From the IMG/VR virus record IMGVR_UViG_3300037455_000402, positions 10,951 to 74,950 of that record: a stretch of 64,000 nucleotides of DNA. One strand, given 5' to 3'. The notes under the pieces are model-generated. The model saw only the letters and a list, made by a program, of their open reading frames with translations, was not told where the DNA came from and did not search any database. Every line of letters starts with the position of its first letter. Positions within the stretch are counted from its first letter, which is position 1. The stretch is from a virus (Duplodnaviria > Heunggongvirae > Uroviricota > Caudoviricetes). A program made the position numbers and the translations under genes. Below, piece by piece: positions 33,666-42,696 of the stretch.

Positions 33666-34504
33666 ACCTTATCCTCCCAAAGTTCTGCTTCGAGTGCTCT
33701 CTTGATGATAAGAAACTTCTGCTCGTCCATTGACTTGATAGTCTCTTCGTCAAACTTAAAACCAGACTTCTTGTACTCTTCAAGCCAAGCGTCAGCTTCG
33801 TTGACGATTCTCTTACCAAGCTTCATAGCGTAATCCTTTTCGTAGTTGATTGTTCTATCCTTAACTCCGAGAATCTCCTTCCAGTACTTCTGAATCTCTT
33901 CATTGCCTGCGCCCTTGAAAGGATTAAGGACAACTCCGTAATCCTTCTTGTTGTACTGAGAAATCATAGCGAGAAGTCTCATTTCGTGAGAGAGCTGCTT
34001 TGATGCGTAACCAAACTCATTAACCTCTTCAATCTGAACAGGGTATGGGTGGTCAAGCGCATTAAACTTTTCCTTAATCATACCGACCATTGCCTTGACC
34101 GCAGACTCTTCATTAGCGTGAGCAATTGCATCACGGTTAAGTCTAAACCAAAGCATCGGGCTGTAGTCTGGGTGAACCCAAAACCAATCTGTGTAAAGAA
34201 GCTCCATAAAGTTTGTTGCACCCTTCTTCCACTGGTCAACCATAAGACGAACGTCCTTGATGTCAACCTTACCGTCGAAAGGGAGGTCCTCATCATGAGA
34301 AGTTGGCTTTGTGTTAAAAACAATATCCTTAAGACTTGGAACAACAACAGCCTTGTAGTCATAGTCGCTCTTTGCTCTCTGGAGATTGTAGTTCTGTGCG
34401 CCGTAAAGAGCACAATAAATTACTCTGTAGCCCTTATCCTGAAGGAACTTAACTGCTTCGAGACAGTGCTTACCCTCAGGCATTGAAGCAAATCTATCTT
34501 CCAT
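33662..34504 (-). CDS. nucleotidyltransferase-fold protein (Pol-beta superfamily-like)
   Basis: YCALYGAQNYNL...SDYDY (G-S and D-x-D motifs). Confidence 0.45.
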   Translation of the reverse strand: MEDRFASMPEGKHCLEAVKFLQDKGYRVIYCALYGAQNYNLQRAKSDYDYKAVVVPSLKDIVFNTKPTSHDEDLPFDGKVDIKDVRLMVDQWKKGATNFMELLYTDWFWVHPDYSPMLWFRLNRDAIAHANEESAVKAMVGMIKEKFNALDHPYPVQIEEVNEFGYASKQLSHEMRLLAMISQYNKKDYGVVLNPFKGAGNEEIQKYWKEILGVKDRTINYEKDYAMKLGKRIVNEADAWLEEYKKSGFKFDEETIKSMDEQKFLIIKRALEAELWEDKV

Positions 34505-34529
34505 TCTATCTACTCCTTTCTTAACTTTT

Positions 34530-34567
34530 CTATATATATTATATCAAAAAATTAGAAAAAAGTAAAG
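34530..34567 (-). promoter_or_regulatory. consensus promoter TTTACT-N17-TATAAT
   Basis: CTTTACTTTTTTCTAATTTTTTGATATAAT. Confidence 0.65.
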
Positions 34568-34580
34568 ATTTTGATTACCA

Positions 34581-34850
34581 AGAAATTCCTTCTATTTTAA
34601 ATGGTGGGAATATTTCTTCTTCTGACGACTCTTCAACTTTTGCATTTCGTATTACAGTAGCATTAGTAGCATAAAACTTTACTTCAATCTCAGGAAGACC
34701 CCAGCAAGTATCTCCACGTTGAGACCATACTGGAACGCCTCCCTTAACATCATATTCTACCTACGCCTTTTCGCCGCCGTCCAGAGTTACATTGAGAATT
34801 ATTTTATCAACTGATATAATCTTATCATTATTCGCTAACGGCACCTTCAT
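34581..34850 (-). CDS. small protein with one in-frame TAG (MKVPLANNDKIISVDKIILNVTLDGGEKA-TAG-VEYDVKGGVPVW...)
   Basis: TAAGGAGAATG RBS; frame continues through TAG to TAA at 34581. Confidence 0.45.
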
Positions 34851-35391
34851 TCTCCTTATCCTCCTTTAATTTTAACAAAACTTCACCAACAATGAAGTCA
34901 TAAAATTTTTCTTCACCCAAACCAAGAGTATAGTGAATATCATTATCTTCAAGGAAGAACTGTATTCTATCTCCTATTGCATCTGACTCTTCCTGTGTCT
35001 GATTTCTGCCGATAGGATTATAAGGTTTGTTTCTTAAAAGTGCATAGTTCATATTCTCATAAGTGTTAAACACATCGAGAACAAGATTCTCATAATGCTC
35101 TCCAAGAACAGGATTGGTATTATAAAAGATACCAAGAGGAAGAGGACTATCAGTTATAATTACATCGACCTTATCGCGGCAACGCTTCATTCTGAAAGAC
35201 TGTTTGCCAAAGATGTATTCCTGACAACTCAAAGCTTCCATGTTCTTTTCCCAAGTCTTGTCCTTCGCATACTCAGTAATCAGCTCACAATTTACTCCCC
35301 TCATCTTAAGCTGTGAAAAAATGAAAGCTGCGCCTGTGGATTTTCCGCTGCCTGGGGCGCCAAATAGATTAACTACGATTGGTTTCTTCAT
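34828..35391 (-). CDS. P-loop polynucleotide-kinase-like protein (T4 Pnk kinase-domain-like)
   Basis: MKKPIVVNLFGAPGSGKSTGAAFI Walker A closely resembles T4 Pnk N-terminus; 187 aa, kinase domain only. Confidence 0.5.
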   Translation of the reverse strand: MKKPIVVNLFGAPGSGKSTGAAFIFSQLKMRGVNCELITEYAKDKTWEKNMEALSCQEYIFGKQSFRMKRCRDKVDVIITDSPLPLGIFYNTNPVLGEHYENLVLDVFNTYENMNYALLRNKPYNPIGRNQTQEESDAIGDRIQFFLEDNDIHYTLGLGEEKFYDFIVGEVLLKLKEDKENEGAVSE

Positions 35392-35791
35392 TCTGCGCCT
35401 CCATAGAAATTTTATTCATTACATTGTTCTTATTGTAAATAACTTCGGCAAGAGCAACATTAACTTCACTCTGTTCTTTCTGTTTCTTTGCTCTTTCTAA
35501 TCTGTACTCATTCTCAAAGAGTTTAATGAAATCCTTATCATTAGGCAATGGATTCTTATATGGTGGCGGAAAGTCCTCATGAATCTTTTCAAACCACTTC
35601 TTTATGGTTTCACAACTTTCATCCTCTACTGGCTCAATTGAACCAATATGATAACAATGACATTTACCTGCTGACAGAGCTGGACATTCCCAACAAGGAA
35701 GAGGATTCTCTAAAAGGTATTTTAAATACCATTTATAAAGACTATATTCTTCCTTCGTTAGAACAAAACGTTTCTCTTCAATTACTTTCAT
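35369..35791 (-). CDS. hypothetical protein (140 aa)
   Basis: ORF track. Confidence 0.5.
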   Translation of the reverse strand: MKVIEEKRFVLTKEEYSLYKWYLKYLLENPLPCWECPALSAGKCHCYHIGSIEPVEDESCETIKKWFEKIHEDFPPPYKNPLPNDKDFIKLFENEYRLERAKKQKEQSEVNVALAEVIYNKNNVMNKISMEAQNEETNRS

Positions 35792-36275
35792 TTTGAACCT
35801 CCCCGATAAACTTCTTTAATTCTTTGTTTACCGTTTCCCAAAATTCTGGAACTTCTATTTCATCAAATTCCTCTTTAAAATGTGCAAGAGCATCTTCACT
35901 GGTATGACAACGAGAATAAACTGTATCCCTTTCGAGTTCAGGACAAAGTTTTGAATCCCAACCATCACTATCCCAATTTAATTTAAGCACAGGAATTTGA
36001 TATGGATTAAAGCTACGAGTGCCGCTTTGAGTATAAGTCATTCTTGGTACCGCATAAACAAAAAAGACCTTATCGTGATTATGTTTATAGGCAAAGGCAC
36101 GACCGACAAGTGGCTTCAATCTTTCTTGAATGAGCTGCGTTTCTTCTTGTTCAAGACGAAACATTTCATTCTTAATTGCAATACTCCTTTCATTCAAAAC
36201 GTGAAGAGTTTCTCTGATTGGAGTAAGTTTTTCCTCAATTGTGTATTCAATTAAACCCAATTCGTTTACTTCCAT
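35778..36275 (-). CDS. hypothetical protein (165 aa)
   Basis: ORF track. Confidence 0.5.
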   Translation of the reverse strand: MEVNELGLIEYTIEEKLTPIRETLHVLNERSIAIKNEMFRLEQEETQLIQERLKPLVGRAFAYKHNHDKVFFVYAVPRMTYTQSGTRSFNPYQIPVLKLNWDSDGWDSKLCPELERDTVYSRCHTSEDALAHFKEEFDEIEVPEFWETVNKELKKFIGEVQNESN

Positions 36276-36837
36276 CCTTCTTCTCCTTAAGTTTATTTAT
36301 TTCCTCGTATATTTCGCACCAATCATAGCAGCCGATTATCTCAGGAATATCTTTAATTCTATCGCAATTCCACGGATATACATAACAGATGCTTGTATAT
36401 TGTCTTTCTCCCCAAAGATTATCAAAACAATCATCTATGAGAACATCAAGATTAAGGAGCTGTTTACGATGAATGTTAATAGTATGTTTCCACACATAAT
36501 CCTGTGGCAAGAAATCAAGATTGCGACCGAGATGTTTAATCTTCTTCCTTAAATTCTCAGGTAAAGAGCTGGTAACGAAATAGAGTTCATGACCGTCCTC
36601 ATAAAGTTTCTTGATGTATTTCCTTGCGCCCTTAATCATTCTAACCTTTTTCCACATTTCTTTTGATTCAAAGGCTTCTTTGATTAAGAGAGAATACTCT
36701 GGCGGATAGTTCTTTTCTATCCAGTAGCTACGAATATCTTTTAAATCTCTTCTTGGTGCGCCGCGTTCTGCAAGATATTCAAGAACAGCCACGGTTGTAG
36801 TGACACATACATTATCTAAGTCTATTCCTATACGCAT
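36247..36837 (-). CDS. 5'(3')-deoxyribonucleotidase-like HAD phosphatase
   Basis: MRIGIDLDNV (DxDxV HAD motif I) and overall similarity to YorS/YqfW-type nucleotidases. Confidence 0.55.
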   Translation of the reverse strand: MRIGIDLDNVCVTTTVAVLEYLAERGAPRRDLKDIRSYWIEKNYPPEYSLLIKEAFESKEMWKKVRMIKGARKYIKKLYEDGHELYFVTSSLPENLRKKIKHLGRNLDFLPQDYVWKHTINIHRKQLLNLDVLIDDCFDNLWGERQYTSICYVYPWNCDRIKDIPEIIGCYDWCEIYEEINKLKEKKDGSKRIGFN

Positions 36838-37407
36838 TTAATCCTCCTTCAGTGTCCAGCCATTCTTCACCAGAATTTGGTAAAATTCATTTTCTTCTTC
36901 TAAGTATTTAGAAAACTCTTTTTTAGTCAGAATTTTATTAGCGCCGCCTTTCCAGCAGAGGTCTGTTTTAAGAATCTCAAATATAACAGTATCACAAATT
37001 TTCCTATTCTGTGGCGCTCCATTACGACGGAGAGTTCCCACTTCTACGCCGCCGTATTCTTTAATGATACGACGATAAAGCTTCAAGGCTTCAATGTTGT
37101 TAGCATAACAACGCCATTCTGCACTTTCGACACCGAACTTTTCAAACATATCTTTGAACATCTGAATAGCATCTCGCATAAAGATACGACTCTTTTTTCT
37201 GAAAGCTATCAAACCAAAGTTCATTGCACGTTTTGACGGCTCATAAACCCAATAGGAAAAATAGCCTAAGACTTCTCCATTTTCATCGACTGAAACAAAC
37301 TGATACTGATTATCTGGCTTGTCCGCAATATCAGGTATGCCTGGCGTTGTATCATAGTAGTACATATAATCAGGGTCATACCAAGTCTCTGCCATTTTTA
37401 ATTTCAA
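36838..37407 (-). CDS. GNAT-family N-acetyltransferase-like protein
   Basis: central ...FGLIAFRKKSRIF...NNIEALKLYRRI..GG acetyl-CoA binding-like region. Confidence 0.4.
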   Translation of the reverse strand: MKLKMAETWYDPDYMYYYDTTPGIPDIADKPDNQYQFVSVDENGEVLGYFSYWVYEPSKRAMNFGLIAFRKKSRIFMRDAIQMFKDMFEKFGVESAEWRCYANNIEALKLYRRIIKEYGGVEVGTLRRNGAPQNRKICDTVIFEILKTDLCWKGGANKILTKKEFSKYLEEENEFYQILVKNGWTLKED

Positions 37408-37432
37408 CTGCTATTCAAAAAGTATTGCAGGT

Positions 37433-37729
37433 TTAATCATTGTTCTCCTCCTTATTATCTGCGTTTCTACCGATATGGTACTTGCCGCAGTAAAGACATT
37501 TGTAATAGCTGAAATGTACGCCTTTCTTTTCACCCATTTTCTCAGCACATTTCTTAGCTGTTTCTACGGTATTATACGCTACTTTTGGCTGACCAGAGTG
37601 CTGATTAATATGAGAGTTGATACTAAATAAACCCAATGAGTTATGGGTAATAAAGAAATTCTTAAACCATTGCGGCTTGCTTAACTCAAATCTCAAGGCT
37701 TCAAAAAAATATTTAATCTTAATTTTCAT
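37433..37729 (-). CDS. hypothetical protein, C-terminal CxxC
   Basis: start at MKIKIKYFF with AGGAGAAAGTAATG RBS. Confidence 0.45.
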   Translation of the reverse strand: MKIKIKYFFEALRFELSKPQWFKNFFITHNSLGLFSINSHINQHSGQPKVAYNTVETAKKCAEKMGEKKGVHFSYYKCLYCGKYHIGRNADNKEENND

Positions 37730-37740
37730 TACTTTCTCCT

Positions 37741-37937
37741 TAAATAAAATTGATAGCCGCAAGCACATTCATATCCTTTATAGCAACACCCTGCACGTGG
37801 CGGTGCAAATATCACCATCTTCATCCAATGCTTGGGCACTTTATATCTTCCGCTGTTGCCGCCGTGCTATTTAACGTGTTGCTAAAAATCTTTTGATAGA
37901 ACTGCAAGTTCTTCTTTTGTAAAAGAATAAACATCAT
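37741..37937 (-). CDS. small Cys-rich protein with two in-frame TAG codons
   Basis: AAAGGAGGAAGGAAAATG RBS; MLDDVYSFTKEELAVLSKDF-TAG-QHVK-TAG-HGGNSGRYKVPKHWMKMVIFAPPRAGCCYKGYECACGYQFYLRRK. Confidence 0.4.
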
Positions 37938-37968
37938 CAAGCATTTTCCTTCCTCCTTTTATCTTTAT

Positions 37969-38006
37969 CTAATTATATTATATCATAAATAATAAAAAAA
38001 GTCAAG
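37969..38006 (-). promoter_or_regulatory. consensus promoter TTGACT-N17-TATAAT
   Basis: TTGACTTTTTTTATTATTTATGATATAAT. Confidence 0.7.
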
Positions 38007-38111
38007 ACTTTACAGCCTTGACTTTTACCAGACGCAATCTATATACACAATTAACAGGAGGGAAAACCATGCTTTTTCATTTTTCTATCATAGAGAAAAT
38101 GCAGTTACGCG

Positions 38112-38283
38112 TCTGTTATTCATAATCGTCGTCGTCGTCATCGTCGTAATAATTATCTCTCTTACGCTTAGAACGACGGCGGTCAGATTCTTTCTTTCTC
38201 TTATCCTTTTCTGAGTCTTTAGAAAAACTTGTGTTATCTTTCTTATCCCAATCGTTTTTACGACTATTCTGCTTGTATGCCAT
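38112..38283 (-). CDS. small highly charged protein (57 aa; K/R-rich then poly-Asp)
   Basis: AATCGGAGGATTTATG RBS; MAYKQNSRKNDWDKKDNTSF...DDDDDDDYE. Confidence 0.4.
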
Positions 38284-38295
38284 AAATCCTCCGAT

Positions 38296-38679
38296 TAATA
38301 ACCGAAAGCGGAACGAATAACGTTGCTGAGGTCGCCGTCCTCAGTTATGTTCAGCCAAGGATTCTCAGCAACTGGCTTAACTCTCTGAAGCTTTGAGGTG
38401 TAAGAGCAATCCAAGATTGCCGCCTTATCAGCATAAGCTGAATTATACTTCTGAGCCGCAGTATTGTAAGCTGTTACCTTATTCTTAAGGGTTGCATAAG
38501 CTGTATCAACTTCCTTACGAAGAGCTGCAAGCTTATCCTTATCCTCGATTCTCTGCTTCTCAAGAAGCTACTTACCATTCTCTGCCTTAGCATCTGCTGC
38601 AACGCAATCAGCAAGGTCGTTTACATTATACCAAATCTTACCACATACAGGACAAGTATACTTTGCCATAATAAAATCA
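38296..38679 (-). CDS. zinc-ribbon/coiled-coil protein with one in-frame TAG (codon 34)
   Basis: AAGGAG RBS; MAKYTCPVCGKIWYNVNDLADCVAADAKAENGK-TAG-LLEKQRIEDKDKLAALRKEV... Confidence 0.5.
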
Positions 38680-38802
38680 CTCCTTATTTATATTGCAGAC
38701 AATTTGTCTGTTATAATCCATATTAATATACCTACATAATCGGGTAACATTGGGCATACAGAGTATGCCCTTGTTAACCTTTCACCTATGTTAAACATAG
38801 CG

Positions 38803-40281
38803 TCACTTCCAGCAGAACTGTGGACGTGTAAGTATCTGTGTCATAGCCTCAACAGAGTCCATTGTAATAAGAGTTGTAAGCTCCTTAAATGTTGCTGCTG
38901 AGCTACCAGAAACATATGCGATGCCAGGGTTGCCACACTTACTAATGAAACGATTACCACGAGAGCATACGTTCCACATAATAAGCTTAGGAGCAACAAG
39001 ACCAGCCTTAGCATAAGCCTTCTGCCACTTCTCAACGATAGTATCAACGTTGCCGCGTGAAGCGAAAGCGTCAATCTCACCGTCTGAGATTATAACAAGT
39101 GCCTCAGGTGCCTCGCCTGCCTTTATAGCAGTACGATAAATAGCATCGAAAGCGCCGTCGAGGTTAGTGTTGTAACCTACGTGCTTCATTACCTCGTTTA
39201 CACGAGAAGCAACGGTATCAGTTGGGTTAAGCTCATAAAGAGAAGGTCTGTCAGTGAATGTAAGGAAGAGGTTCTTGTAAGGACCTGAGTTACGCTCAGC
39301 AAAGTAAATACCAAGAGATACAGAAGTAGCAATTGGCTTATTACCCTCGCAGTACATAGAACCAGATACGTCTGACATTACAATGACATTGTGCTCACCC
39401 TCGACATAGTCAGGAAGAGCCTTCCACTGAGCCTCAAGAACCTTATCAACCTCAAGGTTGTAACGTGAATACCAACCTGAAGTCTGGTTAATGTAAGGCA
39501 TAATAAGGTCATATGGGTAAGATACACTTGCGTTAATCTTAGCCTCGCCCTTAGTAACAGCGTTAATGAACTTGTCAAAACGCTCATAGTCGTGACGACC
39601 GAAAGCAGAACGGTATCTTGTCATAGCGACAGATGGAACTGCCTGATAGTCGATAGCACCGAACTGGTTAGAAGACATCTTCTTCTCAACGACATCAAGG
39701 TACTTACGAAGAGCTGCGAGAGTCTTACGATATGTACGCTCGGTTATGCCGAAGTAAGTGTAGACCTTACGAGCAAGTCTACGAGTCTCCTTAGAGCTGG
39801 TGTTTGGAGAAGGAAGCCACTTAGCAAGAAGAGATATGCTCTCGTTCTTGGTCATGTCCTTAATATCCTTAGTAAACTGAGCCTTCATAAACTCAAGAGC
39901 CTCTGTCTCGACAGAAGTTCCCTCAAGGACGAACAAGTCGTCCCAACGACCTGCAGATACGATAGTATCAAGATTGCGAGCAACCTTTGCAGGGTCCTTA
40001 AGTGCAAGAGTCTTCAAAAGAGTTCTTGCAATTCTACGCTCACCGATACCACCCTCACGGATGTTACGAGCATAAAGTATCATATTGTCAGCAAGCTCCT
40101 TGTCAGAGTTGCGGGCATCAAGATACATACGGTTAAGCTCAGCCTCAGTAGCCTTACGCATACCACCAATTCTTGCAAAAAGGTTTAATACAGGGTTACC
40201 AGTAGTAGAGCAAACCTTAGCACCGTTCTCGGTGTAAGCTACATTTGTCTGATTTCTGAATGAGTTTGCGAAATTACTCAT
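38803..40281 (-). CDS. Ro60 ortholog (TROVE domain + C-terminal vWA; Rsr-like)
   Basis: 492 aa; N-terminal TROVE-like region (…NPVLNLFARIGGMR…); C-terminal vWA MIDAS VIVMSDVSGSM and ...PKLIMWNV... pattern comparable to Ro60 LLAVDVSASM...LIVCGMT. Confidence 0.6.
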   Translation of the reverse strand: MSNFANSFRNQTNVAYTENGAKVCSTTGNPVLNLFARIGGMRKATEAELNRMYLDARNSDKELADNMILYARNIREGGIGERRIARTLLKTLALKDPAKVARNLDTIVSAGRWDDLFVLEGTSVETEALEFMKAQFTKDIKDMTKNESISLLAKWLPSPNTSSKETRRLARKVYTYFGITERTYRKTLAALRKYLDVVEKKMSSNQFGAIDYQAVPSVAMTRYRSAFGRHDYERFDKFINAVTKGEAKINASVSYPYDLIMPYINQTSGWYSRYNLEVDKVLEAQWKALPDYVEGEHNVIVMSDVSGSMYCEGNKPIATSVSLGIYFAERNSGPYKNLFLTFTDRPSLYELNPTDTVASRVNEVMKHVGYNTNLDGAFDAIYRTAIKAGEAPEALVIISDGEIDAFASRGNVDTIVEKWQKAYAKAGLVAPKLIMWNVCSRGNRFISKCGNPGIAYVSGSSAATFKELTTLITMDSVEAMTQILTRPQFCWK

Positions 40282-40446
40282 ACTCTTTTCCTCCTTTAGA
40301 AAAACAAGATTCGATAAATGGTTTCGGGTTATTCATACCTGAAAAAAATTTTAGCTGTGTGAATCTTCAACTCGCCGCCTTAAGTGCTTTGTTTTCAATA
40401 CAAATCTATTCATAAGTTGCTGCAAGCGGCTATAATCAATAATCAC

Positions 40447-40532
40447 TGGTCGGGGTAGCGGGACTCGAACCCGCAAGCCACAAGGGCACCTGATTTTGAG
40501 TCAGGCGTGTTTACCAATTTCACCACACCCCG
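40447..40532 (-). tRNA. tRNA-Leu(CAA)
   Basis: type II; D-arm TGGTGAAATTGGTAAACAC; anticodon stem CCTGA/TCAGG loop CTCAAAA; C1-G72; CCA encoded. Confidence 0.75.
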
Positions 40533-40761
40533 ATAATGGGCGAACCCCACAAGTTGCCCACTACTCTTTGCAAAGAAATTAAATGGTCTACCGTGGTACG
40601 CTTATCTGGCTACTCGACGTTGCTGCGCTACAATCTCTCTTTGGCTCTGACATAGGCGCGATAGGCACTGTTCCAATTCACAAGACGCATAAATTTTAAG
40701 ACAATTTTTCACCAAATCAAAAATTTTCTTTTAAATTTATAATTGCTGGGTGCGTCTTTAA

Positions 40762-40836
40762 TGGTGTGGGATAGGAGAATCGAACTCCCATCTCCTGCTT
40801 GGAAGGCAGGCATCATGACCATTAGACCAATCCCAC
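40762..40836 (-). tRNA. tRNA-Gly(UCC)
   Basis: anticodon stem CCTGC/GCAGG loop CTTCCAA; acceptor GTGGGAT/ATCCCAC; CCA encoded. Confidence 0.75.
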
Positions 40837-41243
40837 ATTAAAGGTGGTTTGATAAAGCTGTCCACCTACTACAGCTTGTCACATTATACCGTGGTCTTAG
40901 CTAATACGGAGAGGAGCTACCTCTGGTGACACCGTCGCTTTCTTCCCACATTCCGCAAAGGAACTTGGCGATTCTTGAAGTGTTAAGGCTCACGTCCTTA
41001 ATTTCATTTTTCACTCTCGCCATACACTCCCTACTTATCTTCGGGCTATTGTATTAGGGCTGACCCCTAAATTTTAAGGAAGTAGATGTTATAACACTAC
41101 ACGACAAGAAATTTTAGCCAGTTTATTCTGGTGTCTTTCCTTTAGGCTCAGACTGCCATTGTGGAGCTGAAAATATCCAGCAATATACTTTTATTAAACC
41201 CAATTGTTTTGTTCAATAAGATTGCTGACTCTTGTCGTTTATT

Positions 41244-41281
41244 ATATTTATATTATATCATAACTTTTTTAAAAAGTCAAG
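41244..41281 (-). promoter_or_regulatory. consensus promoter TTGACT-N17-TATAAT (drives tRNA-Gly/Leu segment)
   Basis: TTGACTTTTTAAAAAAGTTATGATATAAT. Confidence 0.65.
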
Positions 41282-41284
41282 ATT

Positions 41285-41470
41285 TTAACTTGCAAAAGTT
41301 GCCCAACCTGCAAGTTTAGAAATCCATAAAAGAATCATTACGGCATTTGCACCTGCAAGAAATCCCCAGCCATAAGAGGATTTACCCCTTTTCTCAAGAC
41401 TGGACTTGTTAAGAATGGATATAATTATCCAAAGGGTATCCAAGATTATATAAAATATCCCAGTTGCCAT
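41285..41470 (-). CDS. small membrane protein (61 aa)
   Basis: GAAAGGAGATTTAATG RBS; two hydrophobic segments. Confidence 0.45.
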   Translation of the reverse strand: MATGIFYIILDTLWIIISILNKSSLEKRGKSSYGWGFLAGANAVMILLWISKLAGWATFAS

Positions 41471-41483
41471 TAAATCTCCTTTC

Positions 41484-41705
41484 TTAATCGTGATATGGAA
41501 TACGAACATCATCCCAGTTTTCTTCTGGCACTTCTTCTGTTGCCGCCGTACGGTACCATGATATTTCATAGTGACCACACTTTTTGCAGCGGGTTAATTC
41601 AACTGTACAGTTAGTTAAAACTTTTTCTGTTTCATAAAGGCAGGGGTCAACAGGTATATCACCTATTTTAAGCTCCATACCTTCGCGATATTTACACTTA
41701 CACAT
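41484..41705 (-). CDS. zinc-ribbon protein (73 aa)
   Basis: CKCK...CTVELTRCKKCGHY. Confidence 0.45.
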   Translation of the reverse strand: MCKCKYREGMELKIGDIPVDPCLYETEKVLTNCTVELTRCKKCGHYEISWYRTAATEEVPEENWDDVRIPYHD

Positions 41706-41714
41706 AACTCCTCC

Positions 41715-42626
41715 TTAATGAGCTGCCATATCAGCTTCATGAAGAAGCTCATAAACTGCTCTCATTTCGCCGCCGTAAAGACGCTCAAACTCATCAATGA
41801 AATTGTCTCTGAAATAATACTCCATATGCCACTGAATAAGGACAATAAGTGCTGCATAAAAGTCGTACTGCTTAGAAGCAAACTGACCAACACAACAAGC
41901 TACCATATAGGCTCCCACTTCGTGGTGATTATAGAAATGTGAATGGTCATCTTCCTTGCCGTTATACTTCATACGGGACTTAACGACAGGCTTACCAATA
42001 TCGTGGAATAATGCGGCAGTACGTGCAAGATGCTTAAGGTTCTTATCCAAACCCTTCTCTGCCGCGTGGTCAGAAGCGTACTTACTTGCCTCTAACATAT
42101 GATGAAATATATCAAGCTGATGATGAGGATTATCGTGGTCTACACCACAAGCATCAAAAAGATACTCACCGAGCGTCTTCTTGTTCTTAGGATTTGGAAT
42201 CATACGGATAGAGTCCCAGCCCTCATCAAGACGAGGAAGAGACATTTCTCTATACATACGCCAGATAACCTCTTCAGGAACGTGACGCATACGATTAGCG
42301 TTCTGCTCTAAGATAACGTCGATTTCCGTAGCTGCTACTACAGCAATCTTCTTAACGTCCTTAGGAAGTTCCTTTAAAAAATTCTTTCTACGCTTACGAG
42401 ATAAGTTCGTTGCGTCATAAACACAAGACTGTCCATTTGCAAGGTAGTTCTTTATACGCTTATGAAGCTCGTTGAATACCTCGCCGTTATGAGACTGGTC
42501 GTCCTCAGAACCGAATAACTCTGCTCGGATAGCATCTGAGGAGACAATAGGACAGCCAAGGTCACGAGCAATGAATGACTTACCAGAGCCAGCTACGCCG
42601 ACCATCATATAAAATACAGCACTCAT
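41715..42626 (-). CDS. P-loop NTPase/kinase fused to HD-domain phosphohydrolase (candidate polynucleotide kinase-phosphatase or dNTP hydrolase)
   Basis: N-terminal MMVGVAGSGKSF Walker A; C-terminal HD motifs (LFHDIGK, HHEVGAY, H..D). Confidence 0.55.
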   Translation of the reverse strand: MSAVFYMMVGVAGSGKSFIARDLGCPIVSSDAIRAELFGSEDDQSHNGEVFNELHKRIKNYLANGQSCVYDATNLSRKRRKNFLKELPKDVKKIAVVAATEIDVILEQNANRMRHVPEEVIWRMYREMSLPRLDEGWDSIRMIPNPKNKKTLGEYLFDACGVDHDNPHHQLDIFHHMLEASKYASDHAAEKGLDKNLKHLARTAALFHDIGKPVVKSRMKYNGKEDDHSHFYNHHEVGAYMVACCVGQFASKQYDFYAALIVLIQWHMEYYFRDNFIDEFERLYGGEMRAVYELLHEADMAAH

Positions 42627-42652
42627 ATTTAATGTCTCCTTTCTCTTAACTT

Positions 42653-42689
42653 TCTATAATAATTATATCAAAAAATTAAGAAAAAGTCA
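42653..42689 (-). promoter_or_regulatory. consensus promoter TTGACT-N16-TATAAT
   Basis: TTGACTTTTTCTTAATTTTTTGATATAAT. Confidence 0.65.
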
Positions 42690-42696
42690 AGATTTT

